64,000 bases of DNA from positions 26,483 to 90,482 of the forward strand of contig CACHTH010000002.1 in NCBI GenBank assembly GCA_902582695.1, in the 5' to 3' direction. The DNA is from an uncultured Candidatus Actinomarina sp. Lineage in GTDB: Bacteria; Actinomycetota; Acidimicrobiia; Actinomarinales; Actinomarinaceae. Position numbers and translations under genes: made by a program. Positions 19,584-29,399 of this stretch are shown one piece after another. The stretch's first letter is position 1, and every line of letters begins with the position of its first letter. The notes below the pieces were generated by a model. That model ran no database searches. It saw nothing but the letters and a program-made list of their open reading frames with translations, and was not told where the DNA came from.

Positions 19584-19607
19584 GATAAATTTGATGTATA
19601 ATTCTTT

Positions 19608-20825
19608 ATGGTAAAAACTGAAACTAAACATTCTGATGCAGAACAGCTGGTAAGAAGCAAATTAGATGAATTAATTCAATTCAGAAGTCAAACAGATGAC
19701 ATTAAAGAATTTTGGGGTAAACAATTCGATCTTGGACTTGCGTGGGTTCAGTTTCCAGAAGGTGCTGGGGGATTAGGGTTAAATCCAAAATATCAACTTA
19801 TAATTACCGAAACTTTAAGAAATGAAGGAATTTCTCAACAAAACAGAGTTGCAAATATTCTTGGTATAGGCATGGGAGCACCAACTATTGTTGAGTATGG
19901 CACTCCAGAACAAATTCAAACATATTTAAGACCAATGTTCACTACTGAAGAAATATGGTGCCAACTATTTTCAGAGCCAGGTTCAGGCTCAGATTTAGCA
20001 AGCTTGTCAACTAAAGCGGTGGATGATGGCGACGGATTCATTGTAAATGGTCAAAAAGTTTGGACAACTCTAGGACACTTAGCTAAATGGGGATTAATTG
20101 TTACAAGGACAGACCCAGATGTTCCAAAGCATAGGGGATTAACATTTTTTATTGTTGATATGGAGTCCGATGGTGTAGATGTTAGACCACTTCGCCAAAT
20201 AACGGGTGAAGCAGAATTTAATGAAGTTTATTTTACAGATGTGAAGATACCAAAAGAAAATATTTTAGGCAGCCTTGGAGATGGTTGGAGAGTTTCACTT
20301 GCAATATTAATGAATGAGAGAGTTGCTATAGGTGGAAATGTTCGTGAAAGAGGAAGTGGTGCACCTGGTCATTTAGTTCAACTTTGGAACGATAAAGAGC
20401 TTGATGATCCAGTTTCAAGGGATAAGTTAATAAAACTATGGATTGAGCAGGAAGCAGTAAGGTTAACTAATGTTAGAGCATTTGAAAATAGAGAAAAAGG
20501 CACACCTGGTCCAGAAGGCTCTACTAGTAAATTATATGAAGCCGAAATTAATAAAGCATCATATGAATTTGGTATGGAAATGCTTGGCAATGATGCTTTG
20601 CTATTCCCAAGAGGTTATGAGTTGACCCAACCAGAATTAAATTTTGAAAATGAGACTTTTGGCTTCACAGATACCCAGAGTTTGTTTCTCAGGTCTAGAG
20701 CTAATTCAATAGAAGGCGGTACATCTGAAATAATGAGAAATATTATTGCTGAAAGGGTTTTAGGACTTCCAAGTGAGCCAAAACAAGATAAAGATAAAGC
20801 TTGGAAAGATATTCCAAGGTCTTAA
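19608..20825 (+). CDS. Acyl-CoA dehydrogenase
   Basis: 405 aa. ACAD middle-domain motifs are present. The C-terminal SIEGGTSEIMRNIIAERVLGL carries the canonical catalytic Glu. Confidence 0.8.
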   Translation: MVKTETKHSDAEQLVRSKLDELIQFRSQTDDIKEFWGKQFDLGLAWVQFPEGAGGLGLNPKYQLIITETLRNEGISQQNRVANILGIGMGAPTIVEYGTPEQIQTYLRPMFTTEEIWCQLFSEPGSGSDLASLSTKAVDDGDGFIVNGQKVWTTLGHLAKWGLIVTRTDPDVPKHRGLTFFIVDMESDGVDVRPLRQITGEAEFNEVYFTDVKIPKENILGSLGDGWRVSLAILMNERVAIGGNVRERGSGAPGHLVQLWNDKELDDPVSRDKLIKLWIEQEAVRLTNVRAFENREKGTPGPEGSTSKLYEAEINKASYEFGMEMLGNDALLFPRGYELTQPELNFENETFGFTDTQSLFLRSRANSIEGGTSEIMRNIIAERVLGLPSEPKQDKDKAWKDIPRS

Positions 20826-21436
20826 TAAATTACGCTAAATAGCCCTTCATTACAACTTATCATTATTTGATTTTCTACTGATTCATTTCTTAGCGTTTTA
20901 GTACTACCAGCTTCAATATTCTCTTCATTTAAGTTCCACTTAGCTCCTGAGATAGTCAATTTATTTAAATTTGTTATTGGTACGACACTAAATTTTGTAC
21001 CTTCATTCAGAAAAATTGACATATTATTTTTAAAAACAATAGTTTTATCCATATAAAGCCAAGTTACATTTGTAGCGAATTCATAATTTATTACTAATGA
21101 AAAGATAGAAAACAAGTGATCTATTTCACCCTCTTCTCCTCCTATTATGAAAATATTTTTATCTTCTGGCTCATTAATACTGTCCAAAGAAAGTTCAAAG
21201 TCTGTTTTATCTTTATTTGGCTCATAACTTATTAAATCTATATTCATGTTTTCTACTTTTTTTAATAAATCAGGTGTAATTGAATCAAAGTCTCCTAGAA
21301 CTTTTGATGGAATTAAAGACCTATCAAACAAGTGAGCTGTACCATTATCAACTCCAATTATTTCATCAAAAGTAAGTTCTTTTAGTTCGTAGCTAGTTGA
21401 GCAATTGCCACTTAATGAGATGAGAACGTTATTCAT
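20822..21436 (-). CDS. Thiamine pyrophosphokinase
   Basis: 204 aa. It has the GDFDS motif and the overall TPK size. It overlaps the ACAD gene convergently by 4 nt. Confidence 0.55.
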   Translation of the reverse strand: MNNVLISLSGNCSTSYELKELTFDEIIGVDNGTAHLFDRSLIPSKVLGDFDSITPDLLKKVENMNIDLISYEPNKDKTDFELSLDSINEPEDKNIFIIGGEEGEIDHLFSIFSLVINYEFATNVTWLYMDKTIVFKNNMSIFLNEGTKFSVVPITNLNKLTISGAKWNLNEENIEAGSTKTLRNESVENQIMISCNEGLFSVIY

Positions 21437-21507
21437 ATATCAATTATATATAACTACTTTAATTTATTAATTTCTCACATATCTCAAATTGGTTAAAATA
21501 TATAAAT

Positions 21508-22134
21508 ATGAGTGAAGAATTTAATTTTAACATAGGCGATGAAGCAGTAAAAACTATTATTGATCTACGAGATCAAGAACCTGGAGATAAAGAATACGCA
21601 TTATTCTTACAAATCGATGGAGTACATGGAAATCAATTTACTTACGATCTCAGTTTCCTAGATATAAATCAAGCTAGATCTGATGATAGGAGAATAGATT
21701 TTGGGGATTTACCTGTAATAATTGCTTCGAAAGATATTGATAAATTCGATGGTGCCAGCTTAGATATGTCCGAAGATCCAGATGCACCAGGATTAACTAT
21801 GGACAATCCTAATACACCAAGCCCTGCAATGATTGGTAATCCTGCCGATCTTCCAGAATTAAAGGGAGAATTGGCTGAGAAAGTTCAAGCAGTATTAGAA
21901 AACCAAATTAATCCAGCTATTGCTTCGCACGGTGGTGCAGCACAATTAATTGGCGTTGAAGGAAATGATATTTATTTAAGACTTGGTGGAGGTTGCCAAG
22001 GCTGTGGTATGGCACAAGTAACACTTACCCAAGGTATCGAAGCCTCTTTGCGTGAAGCAGTTCCTGAAATAGGAAATATCATAGATGCTACTGATCATGC
22101 GGCTGGTGAGAATCCATACTTTGCCTCTCACTAG
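21508..22134 (+). CDS. nfuA: NfuA-type Fe-S cluster carrier (degenerate A-type N-domain plus Nfu C-domain)
   Basis: The C-terminal QINPAIASHGGAAQLIGVEGNDIYLRLGGGCQGCGMAQVTLTQGIE closely parallels E. coli NfuA (INPQLAGHGG...GGGCNGCSM...TLKEGIE). The N-domain lacks Cys, as in NfuA. Confidence 0.7.
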   Translation: MSEEFNFNIGDEAVKTIIDLRDQEPGDKEYALFLQIDGVHGNQFTYDLSFLDINQARSDDRRIDFGDLPVIIASKDIDKFDGASLDMSEDPDAPGLTMDNPNTPSPAMIGNPADLPELKGELAEKVQAVLENQINPAIASHGGAAQLIGVEGNDIYLRLGGGCQGCGMAQVTLTQGIEASLREAVPEIGNIIDATDHAAGENPYFASH

Positions 22135-23102
22135 ACACTTATAACAGTTTTACCTATATTTTTTCTTGTTAGAAAGTTTTCTAAGGCTATGGAAGTTTCT
22201 TCTATTTTGTAATTATTTTTTGGAACAATGTCTAATTGTCCATTTTCAACATAGGAAACCAATTCTTTAAAATCTTCTGCAGTTTCGTGTGGAGATGTGT
22301 TTGTCCATCGACCCCACCATACTCCAACAATTGACACACCTTTAACAAGTGTTAAATTAAGGGATATTTTAGGTATTTGTCCATTAGCGAAGCCAATAAC
22401 TAGTAACCTACCATTAAAAGCTGTTGCTCTTAGTGCTTGTTCAGACACTTCACCACCAACAGGATCTATAACTATATCTACACCTTTGCCGTCGGTCATT
22501 TCTTTCACTGTTTCTTTTAAGTCAACCTGATCATATCGTACTATTTCATCACCACCCAAAGATTTGACATACTCTGCTTTATCTTCGGAACCAACAGCAC
22601 ATATTGTTCTTAAACCCATAACTTTTGCTAATTGAATTGAAGCAGTACCAATTCCTCCAGAAGCACCAAGCACTAAAAGACTTTCTCCACTTTGAGCATT
22701 TGCACGTCTTTTTAGGGCATAGTAAGAAGTACCATAGTTGATAGGCAAACTTGCTCCAGCTAAAGAACTAAAATTTTCGCTAACCGGAATTACCAAATTT
22801 TTATTAATAGCAACGAATTCAGCAAACCCTCCAATTGGAGGAATTCCAATTACTTTTGTTCCAACAGAGATTTCTACATTTTCACCTTTGTCATCTATAA
22901 TTCCACATACTTCATTACCTGGAATAAAAGGTGGATCAATTACAATTTGGTACTTTCCTTGTACTAACAGCGCATCTGGAAAATTAACTCCAGCAACTTC
23001 AACTTTAACTAATACTTCATCTTTACCAATAGTTGGTTTATCTACATCATTTATTTCTAATAAATTTGGCTCACCTAATTTTGTACATACGACTGCTTTC
23101 AT
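22131..23102 (-). CDS. NADPH:quinone oxidoreductase / zeta-crystallin-like MDR oxidoreductase
   Basis: 323 aa. MKAVVCTKLGEPNLL...VLVKVEVAGVNFPD, with GASGGIGTASIQLAK as a zinc-free MDR NAD(P) fold. Confidence 0.75.
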   Translation of the reverse strand: MKAVVCTKLGEPNLLEINDVDKPTIGKDEVLVKVEVAGVNFPDALLVQGKYQIVIDPPFIPGNEVCGIIDDKGENVEISVGTKVIGIPPIGGFAEFVAINKNLVIPVSENFSSLAGASLPINYGTSYYALKRRANAQSGESLLVLGASGGIGTASIQLAKVMGLRTICAVGSEDKAEYVKSLGGDEIVRYDQVDLKETVKEMTDGKGVDIVIDPVGGEVSEQALRATAFNGRLLVIGFANGQIPKISLNLTLVKGVSIVGVWWGRWTNTSPHETAEDFKELVSYVENGQLDIVPKNNYKIEETSIALENFLTRKNIGKTVISV

Positions 23103-24559
23103 TTTTCCCTCTCAATAATTCCCGACAACTTTTTTGCAAAATCTTTTTTTTCTTCGATATCTACTCTTCTTCTAATCTGCACTCTTTGTGCTTGTGGGGA
23201 GCCCGCACCATGGAGTGATTCTGTTAAATAAGCAACCGCATTTCTACCTAATGTCATATTCTCGATCAATCTTAGAATTTTTACTCGATCTTCTGAGTTA
23301 ATATCTTTTTTTCCTTTTAAATATTTTTTTAGATCTTCAGACATTGTTCCCTCATTAAAATCTATTCCTGAAGGCATTGATCCAACTAATCCACCTGCAA
23401 GGTCTTGTGCGATTCGTCCAATCTCATATGTTTCTTTTGTTACATGTTGTTTACATACATTAGCCAAAAGATCGTCATTAATGAAGTTTCCTGACTTAGT
23501 GACTGAACCCTGAAGTGATGAAGCAATGCCAGTAGCATAAATTGTTTCATTGAGCTTATTCATTTCAACAAGCTTATCTTTAATATGTGATGCTTCTTCA
23601 ACACCGTTGTACTCTGCAATAGTAGCTGCAGCTCCAATCAGTACATCACCAACGCCTGATTTGCATACATATGATCTTCTATGATATGTTGTAAATCTCT
23701 CAACTAACGTCGATGCGAAATCATACTCTCCATTCATAAAAATGTATTCATTTGGTATAAATACATTATCAAAAATTACCATTGCTTCTTGCCCGGCAAA
23801 ATATTTATTTCCTACATCATATTCGCCAGGTTCCATACTTCTTGTATCGCATGACTGTCTACCATAAATATAGGTTATTCCTTCTGCATCAACTGGGATT
23901 GCCCCCACAATTGCATAATCTTTATCTTTATCAGATAGCCTCAAGGTAGGCATTACAACCATCCAGTGTGAATTTATACAGCCGGTCTGATGTGCTTTTG
24001 CACCCTTAACATAAACACCATCTTCTGTTCTTTTTACAATTCTTAAATACACATCTTCATCTTCTTGTTCATGTGGTAATTTTGACCTATCACCTTTAAC
24101 GTCTGTCATTGCACCACCAATTACCAAATTGTATTTATGCATTTCAGTTAGAAAATTAATAAAATTCTTGTGATATTCAGTATTGTGTTTTTCATCAATC
24201 TCAAAAGTCACAGAATGAAGTGCATTGAAAGCGTCCATACCAACACATCTTTGAAAGCAGGTACCTGTTAGTTGACCAAGCTTTCTTTGCATTTTATTTT
24301 GTAAAAATAGATCGTCATTACTTTCTGCAATGTGTAAAAATCTATTTATTTTTTCTCCAGTATATGGAGATGTTGCTGATGCTAATTCTGGTTCTCTAAC
24401 AGCTAATTCATATGTTTCAGCCATCGCTTCAATGCTTGGTCTAATAATTGGATGATCTAGAGGTTCCTTAATGAGTTCACCCATAAGGTAAATTTTTAAA
24501 TCCCTATTTTTAATTGAATCCAAATAACTGTTTTTGTCAGTAATCTTATTCATATTCAA
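23099..24559 (-). CDS. abfD: 4-hydroxybutyryl-CoA dehydratase / vinylacetyl-CoA delta-isomerase (AbfD family; HpaB-like fold)
   Basis: 486 aa. Segments TGTCFQRCVGMDAFNA, GRQSCDTR and HGAGSPQAQR match my recollection of Clostridium aminobutyricum AbfD. Cys101-x3-Cys105, plus a later His-x6-Cys (YHRRSYVCK), reproduce the spacing of the [4Fe-4S] ligands C99/C103/H292/C299 of that enzyme. Confidence 0.7.
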   Translation of the reverse strand: MNMNKITDKNSYLDSIKNRDLKIYLMGELIKEPLDHPIIRPSIEAMAETYELAVREPELASATSPYTGEKINRFLHIAESNDDLFLQNKMQRKLGQLTGTCFQRCVGMDAFNALHSVTFEIDEKHNTEYHKNFINFLTEMHKYNLVIGGAMTDVKGDRSKLPHEQEDEDVYLRIVKRTEDGVYVKGAKAHQTGCINSHWMVVMPTLRLSDKDKDYAIVGAIPVDAEGITYIYGRQSCDTRSMEPGEYDVGNKYFAGQEAMVIFDNVFIPNEYIFMNGEYDFASTLVERFTTYHRRSYVCKSGVGDVLIGAAATIAEYNGVEEASHIKDKLVEMNKLNETIYATGIASSLQGSVTKSGNFINDDLLANVCKQHVTKETYEIGRIAQDLAGGLVGSMPSGIDFNEGTMSEDLKKYLKGKKDINSEDRVKILRLIENMTLGRNAVAYLTESLHGAGSPQAQRVQIRRRVDIEEKKDFAKKLSGIIEREK

Positions 24560-24604
24560 TTATACGTTTAGATTTTATGCCAAGTCTTTTAAATAGTTGT
24601 AAAT

Positions 24605-25783
24605 TTATATGACTTCAAATAATCCAGCAGCACCCATTCCACCACCAACACACATTGTGACAACAACATATTTTGCACCTCTTCGTTTACCTTCCATTAG
24701 AGCATGCATCGTCATTCTTGCGCCGGTCATTCCGTATGGATGTCCTATAGATATTGAGCCACCATTTACATTGTATATTTCATTATCAATACCTAAATAA
24801 TCTCTACAATACAAAGCTTGCACAGCAAAAGCTTCGTTTAGTTCCCATAAACCTATGTCATCAACACTTAAGTTATATTTATCGAGCAATTTAGGAACAG
24901 CATATATTGGCCCAATTCCCATTTCTTCTGGTGCTAAACCTGCAACTGCCATTCCTCTGTAATAGCCAAGGGGAGTAAGGCCTTTGTTTTCAGCAACCTT
25001 TGATTCCATTACAACTACAGATGCAGATCCATCAGATAACTGAGACGCATTTCCTGCAGTTATAAACTTTCCTTCACCATACACTGGGACTAATGATGAC
25101 AGACCTTCTAAATTTGTTTCTGGTCTGTTGCCTTCATCTTTTTCTAAGATAGCTTCTTGCTCAGAAATTTCACCGGATTCTTTGTCTTTAACTAACTTAG
25201 TAGTAGTAGTTGAAATGATTTCATCTTTGTAAAGGCCTGCTTCTTGTGCTGCTGCTGTTCTTTTCTGACTTTGAAGGGAGTACTCGTCTTGACTTTCTCT
25301 TGTTACATTATATTTTTCAGCAACATGATCAGCAGTCTCAATCATTGGCATGTATGCATGTTGTGCGTGAGCAGTAACATTAGGATCAATATCTACCCTA
25401 AAATCTGCAGTCTGTACGAGTGAAATAGACTCAACTCCTCCAGCTACAACAACATCCATATTATCTGTTACAACCTGTTTTGATGCAGTCGCAATTGCCA
25501 TCATTCCGGATGAACATTGCCTGTCGATTGTCATGCCTGGAACATTATCAGGAAGTCCAGCTGCAATTCCAGCTAATCTTCCTATATTGATAGCTTGTGA
25601 ACCTTGTTGCTGAGCACATCCTAAAACAACATCTTCAACCTCTTTTGGGTCAATTCCAGCTCTTTCCACAGCTTCTTTTATAGAATAAGATGCTAGGGTT
25701 GGAGCCGCGGTATTGTTAAACGCTCCTCTATAAGCTTTACCTATTGGTGTTCTAGCTGCTGATACAATTACTGCTTCTCTCAT
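24605..25783 (-). CDS. Acetyl-CoA C-acetyltransferase (thiolase II)
   Basis: 392 aa. Thiolase signatures: the active-site Cys region [26 protein letters not shown], and the C-terminal [13 protein letters not shown]. Confidence 0.9.
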   Translation of the reverse strand: MREAVIVSAARTPIGKAYRGAFNNTAAPTLASYSIKEAVERAGIDPKEVEDVVLGCAQQQGSQAINIGRLAGIAAGLPDNVPGMTIDRQCSSGMMAIATASKQVVTDNMDVVVAGGVESISLVQTADFRVDIDPNVTAHAQHAYMPMIETADHVAEKYNVTRESQDEYSLQSQKRTAAAQEAGLYKDEIISTTTTKLVKDKESGEISEQEAILEKDEGNRPETNLEGLSSLVPVYGEGKFITAGNASQLSDGSASVVVMESKVAENKGLTPLGYYRGMAVAGLAPEEMGIGPIYAVPKLLDKYNLSVDDIGLWELNEAFAVQALYCRDYLGIDNEIYNVNGGSISIGHPYGMTGARMTMHALMEGKRRGAKYVVVTMCVGGGMGAAGLFEVI

Positions 25784-25802
25784 TTATTTACTCCTATATT
25801 TT

Positions 25803-26264
25803 TTATTCACTTACTACATACATCGCTAAAGCTTCAACTATTGCAGCTGGCTTATCTTTGCCCTCTATTTCAATAGTACAAGTTGTTTTTAATAGCCATC
25901 TACCGTTTCTCTTGTACTGTACATCAGTTAAAACATTTCTAGCTCGAATTTTACTATTTACAGGTACTGCTTCCATAAATCTAACTTTGTCTGCCCCATA
26001 GTTTATTGCCATCTGTAATCCTTCAGGCATATAACCGATGTCTGCTTGTAGATAGGTAAGAAGACTTAAAGTAAGGTATCCATGGGCTATTGTTGTACCC
26101 CATGGGGTTGCCTTGGCCATTTCGGGATCTACATGTATGAATTGGTGATCGTTTGTTGCTTCTGCAAATTGATTAATTCTTTCTTGTGTTACTTCAAACC
26201 AATCAGAAACACCTACTTCTTCACCAATATGACTTTCTAGTTCACTTGCTGGAATAACTTTCAA
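25803..26264 (-). CDS. MaoC-like (R)-specific enoyl-CoA hydratase/dehydratase
   Basis: 153 aa with a hot-dog fold. The HVDPEMAKATPWGTTIAHGYLT region matches the MaoC/PhaJ hydratase motif. Confidence 0.8.
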   Translation of the reverse strand: MKVIPASELESHIGEEVGVSDWFEVTQERINQFAEATNDHQFIHVDPEMAKATPWGTTIAHGYLTLSLLTYLQADIGYMPEGLQMAINYGADKVRFMEAVPVNSKIRARNVLTDVQYKRNGRWLLKTTCTIEIEGKDKPAAIVEALAMYVVSE

Positions 26265-27283
26265 AATATCTCCTTAAGTAGATTCTTATTTGATGCTTTT
26301 TTTGCAAAACTTAATGTGCTTTGTCCAAATGCATCTACATCTTTCTTATCAACATTACCATAATAACCAAGTGAATACCTTACGTAGACCCCCTCCATTA
26401 TCATTGCATGTTTCCAGAAAGATAGCCTTGTATAGAATTCAATATCATCCAAACTAAGGTTTGATTTAGATTCATAAATATCAATTATTTCTTGCCTACT
26501 TGGAAATCCATCGCTTAATGAGGGTGAATAAATAAATGGAGTATCAGTTTCATTTTTATTGGACCAAGAAGCAATGACAGTTCCTATATCAGCTAACGGA
26601 TCTCCTAATGTACAGAGTTCCCAATCGACAATAGCTGCAACAGAGTTATTATTGATTCTTACATTATCCAATCTATAATCACCATGAACAATACTTACTT
26701 TTTGCTGTGTGGGGATGGTATCTAATAGTAATTGTGTCGCAACATCTAATTCAGGAATATCTCTTACTTTTTGTGCATTAAATTGTTTAGTCCATCTGTT
26801 TAACTGCCTCTCAACATAATCTTCATGTTTCCCTAAATCATTTAAATTGGAATTTTTCACATCAAAAGTGTGTAATTCAGTAAGTGTTGTAATGAATGAA
26901 TTCGTAATTTCTTTTTTATCATTATTGGAATAATTATCTGCTACTAAATTATCTGCAATAGTTACACCAGCAACATATTCCATGATGTAAAAGTCATCAT
27001 CTGAAATATTTTTGTCAGTGCATAAAAGAATGGGCTTTGGAACTTTTATACTATTTTCACTCAATTCACTAATAATTCTGTATTCACGCTGCATGTTATG
27101 TGCAGACTCTAATTTATCTCCAAACGGAGGTCTTCTTAAAACGTAGCTATTTGAATCGTCAAAGATTTTAAAAGTAATGTTCGACCTGCCTACTTTAAAT
27201 TTTTCAAATCTAAATTGGTAATCCAATTCAACATTGGAAGTTATAAAACTTCTTATTTTTTTATCAAAAAATTCCATTAACAA
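26261..27283 (-). CDS. Phosphotransferase (APH/ChoK-like kinase) family protein, ACAD10/11-type or LvaA-type candidate 4-hydroxyacyl-CoA kinase
   Basis: 340 aa. Brenner motif IVHGDYRLDNVRI, a downstream DWELCTLGDP (DxE/DFG-like), and an N-terminal nucleotide-binding lobe. It is divergent from the ACAD10/11-like dehydrogenase. Confidence 0.7.
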   Translation of the reverse strand: MLMEFFDKKIRSFITSNVELDYQFRFEKFKVGRSNITFKIFDDSNSYVLRRPPFGDKLESAHNMQREYRIISELSENSIKVPKPILLCTDKNISDDDFYIMEYVAGVTIADNLVADNYSNNDKKEITNSFITTLTELHTFDVKNSNLNDLGKHEDYVERQLNRWTKQFNAQKVRDIPELDVATQLLLDTIPTQQKVSIVHGDYRLDNVRINNNSVAAIVDWELCTLGDPLADIGTVIASWSNKNETDTPFIYSPSLSDGFPSRQEIIDIYESKSNLSLDDIEFYTRLSFWKHAMIMEGVYVRYSLGYYGNVDKKDVDAFGQSTLSFAKKASNKNLLKEIF

Positions 27284-27335
27284 ATATCTTATGATTTAAT
27301 TCTCTTGGTCTCAAGTTAATTGATAGAATAAAGCA

Positions 27336-28541
27336 ATGGATTTTAAATTTTCTCAAAAGTCATTAGATCTTCAAGAAAAGATGAATAAATTTTTTGAAGA
27401 ACATATTTTTCCCAACGAAGAAGCCTACGAAAAAGCAATATTAGATTCAGGAGACCCTTTGCACATTCCTGAATTACTTGATGAATTAAAAGAAAAAGCC
27501 AGAAAAGAAAATTTATGGAATTTATTTTTACCCGACAGTGAATACGGTGCAGGACTAACAAATGTTGACTATGCACCATTAGCAGAAATAACTGGACAGG
27601 TTTGGTGGGCACCTGAGGTATTTAATTGTTCTGCTCCAGATACTGGAAACATGGAAATACTTGTAGAATTTGGAACACAAGAGCAAAAAGACCAATGGTT
27701 GACTCCTTTACTAAATGGTGATATCCGTTCTTGTTTTGCCATGACAGAACCTGATGTTGCTTCATCTGATGCGACAAATATTTCAAGTTCAATAGTTTCA
27801 GACGGGGATAACTATGTTATTAATGGAAGAAAGTGGTGGACTTCAAATGCAATTAATCCACGTGCCAAAATATGTATTTTTATGGGTATTACAAATCCTG
27901 AAAATCCTCCACACACAAGACAAAGTCAAGTTCTTGTCCCAATGGATACAGAAGGGATAACTATAGTCAGACCCATGCATGTTTATGGATATGATGATGG
28001 ATACACTGGTCATCCAGAATTAAATTTTGAAAATGTAGTTGTACCAAAATCAAATATTATAGGCGGCGAAGGTATGGGCTTTAAAATTGCCCAAGCGAGA
28101 TTAGGACCTGGAAGAATTCATCACTGCATGAGAACAATTGGAATGGCTGAAAGAGCTCTTCAACTTATGATAAAGAGAGCATTGTCTAGAGAAACTTTTG
28201 GTACAAAAATTTCCGATCATGGTGTAGTGCAAGATTGGATTGCAAGATCAAGGATTAAAATTGAAGAGGCTAGACTTCTTACTCTAAAAACAGCATGGTT
28301 GATTGATAACGTTGGTAAAGAGCAAGCCAAAATTGAAATATCTGCAATAAAAGTTGGAGTCATCGAAGCTGCCTCCTATGTAATTGATAAAGCTATACAA
28401 GCACATGGAGCTATGGGCGTCTCTCAAGATACTCCTTTGGCAAAAATGTCAGCTGGAGTTAGAACGTTAAGAATTGCTGACGGCCCAGACGAAGTACACC
28501 TAAGATCTATTGCAAGACGTGAAATAAACAAACACACATGA
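27336..28541 (+). CDS. Acyl-CoA dehydrogenase, ACAD10/ACAD11-like subfamily (catalytic Asp variant)
   Basis: 401 aa. ACAD fold (CFAMTEPDVASSDATN, GRKWWTSNA). The C-terminal RIADGPDEVHLRSIARR aligns with canonical IYEGT.EI.R, with the catalytic Glu replaced by Asp, as described for ACAD10/11-type enzymes. Confidence 0.75.
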   Translation: MDFKFSQKSLDLQEKMNKFFEEHIFPNEEAYEKAILDSGDPLHIPELLDELKEKARKENLWNLFLPDSEYGAGLTNVDYAPLAEITGQVWWAPEVFNCSAPDTGNMEILVEFGTQEQKDQWLTPLLNGDIRSCFAMTEPDVASSDATNISSSIVSDGDNYVINGRKWWTSNAINPRAKICIFMGITNPENPPHTRQSQVLVPMDTEGITIVRPMHVYGYDDGYTGHPELNFENVVVPKSNIIGGEGMGFKIAQARLGPGRIHHCMRTIGMAERALQLMIKRALSRETFGTKISDHGVVQDWIARSRIKIEEARLLTLKTAWLIDNVGKEQAKIEISAIKVGVIEAASYVIDKAIQAHGAMGVSQDTPLAKMSAGVRTLRIADGPDEVHLRSIARREINKHT

Positions 28542-29398
28542 ATGAAAAAATTGCGGTAATTGGTGGGGGACAAATGGGAAGCCAAATTGCAGCTTTAGCT
28601 GCTATGGCTGGTTACAAAACAAATATTTATGACGAAAATAAAGAAAATTTAGAATCTAGATATAAATTTGTTGAAGAAAATATCAAAAACTTAATAGACA
28701 AAAAAATATACTCCGAAGATAAATTAGTTTCTTACAAAGAAAACCTAGATCTCAATTATTCACTTGAAGACGTTATAAAGGGAAAAACATTTGTGATAGA
28801 AGCTGTAGTTGAAAGATTTGATGTAAAGCTTGAAATTTTTAAACAAATTTCTAAATCGATGAATCAAGAGGTTGTAATGGCAACTAATAGTTCTTTTATT
28901 CAAGCTTCTGAAATCTCAAAAGATTGCGACCATCCCGAAAGGTTTATAAACATGCATTTTTTCTATCCACCAATAAGAATGGATTTAATTGAAATTTCAT
29001 ATCCATCCAACGTATCAAAAGAAGTTTTAGAACGTACCATAACTGTTAGTGAAAATATGGGTAGATCAGTGGTTGTACTTAAAAAGGAAACCCCTGGGTT
29101 TATTGTAAACAGAATGCTTGCAGCCTTAGTAGATGAAGCTTATGAACTTTATGATGAAGGAATTGCAGATTTTGAAGATATCGATCTTGCTATTAAAAAA
29201 GGTCTAAATCATCCTTTAGGCCCATTTGAACTTTCTGATTATTCAGGATTAGATATCCATTATTATGCTAAATTAAAAAAATTTGAAGAATCTGGTGATC
29301 CAAAAGATGAACCAAAAAAGTTTCTTAAAGAAAAAGTTATGAACGGTGATTTAGGAGTAAAAACTGGTAAAGGCTTCTATGAATACAAAAAAGACTAA
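28538..29398 (+). CDS. 3-hydroxyacyl-CoA dehydrogenase (NAD-dependent, HBD/FadB-type)
   Basis: 286 aa. N-terminal IAVIGGGQMGSQIAALAA Rossmann. The C-terminal domain carries GFIVNRML, characteristic of 3HCDH. Its ATG overlaps the upstream stop. Confidence 0.8.
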   Translation: MNEKIAVIGGGQMGSQIAALAAMAGYKTNIYDENKENLESRYKFVEENIKNLIDKKIYSEDKLVSYKENLDLNYSLEDVIKGKTFVIEAVVERFDVKLEIFKQISKSMNQEVVMATNSSFIQASEISKDCDHPERFINMHFFYPPIRMDLIEISYPSNVSKEVLERTITVSENMGRSVVVLKKETPGFIVNRMLAALVDEAYELYDEGIADFEDIDLAIKKGLNHPLGPFELSDYSGLDIHYYAKLKKFEESGDPKDEPKKFLKEKVMNGDLGVKTGKGFYEYKKD

Positions 29399-29399
29399 A

